The notes beneath the pieces are model-generated. The model made no database searches, was not told the DNA's origin, and worked only from the letters and a program-made list of their open reading frames with translations. Positions 63,901 to 64,000 of a stretch of DNA of 64,000 nt are shown here, piece after piece; position 1 is the first letter of the stretch, and each line of letters begins with the position of its first letter. The position numbers and the translations under genes are program-made. The stretch is taken from NCBI RefSeq assembly GCF_037042905.1, contig NC_087255.1:6448001-6512000 (forward strand). The letters run 5' to 3'. Source of the stretch: Lytechinus pictus. Its lineage: Eukaryota.

Positions 63901-64000
63901 TGGTAACGGGAAGGAAGGGAACGATATGAGCCAATTTACGGGACTACACAAGATGCTTGGCCAGAAGTAAACAAGCATTTTTTTGTTATGAATATCAAAC

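Overview
AT-rich eukaryotic genomic scaffold with several N gaps. It is metazoan; the repeat content suggests an invertebrate deuterostome such as an echinoid, but that is inference only. No host protein-coding exon can be supported, so the window reads as intergenic or intronic DNA saturated with mobile elements. The only intact long coding sequence is a 5'-truncated Penelope-like retroelement (38681-40042, minus strand; RT C-terminal half plus GIY-YIG endonuclease). It is bracketed by an apparently perfect 189-bp inverted pseudo-LTR pair, each copy carrying a minimal hammerhead-ribozyme motif. Other retroelements: a decayed L2-clade LINE and two tRNA-derived SINE families. DNA elements: a Tc1/mariner derivative, Kolobok-like (TTAA), PIF/Harbinger-like (3-bp TSD), hAT-like (8-bp TSD) and CAC-terminated foldback (2-bp TSD) MITEs. 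31530-36807 is a nested-insertion hotspot. It includes a 1186-bp composite MITE inserted into a copy of itself and a three-level nest in which a Kolobok-like element sits inside another element's TIR. Unique stretches carry RFX X-box and CRE motifs, a candidate promoter and a candidate non-coding exon.
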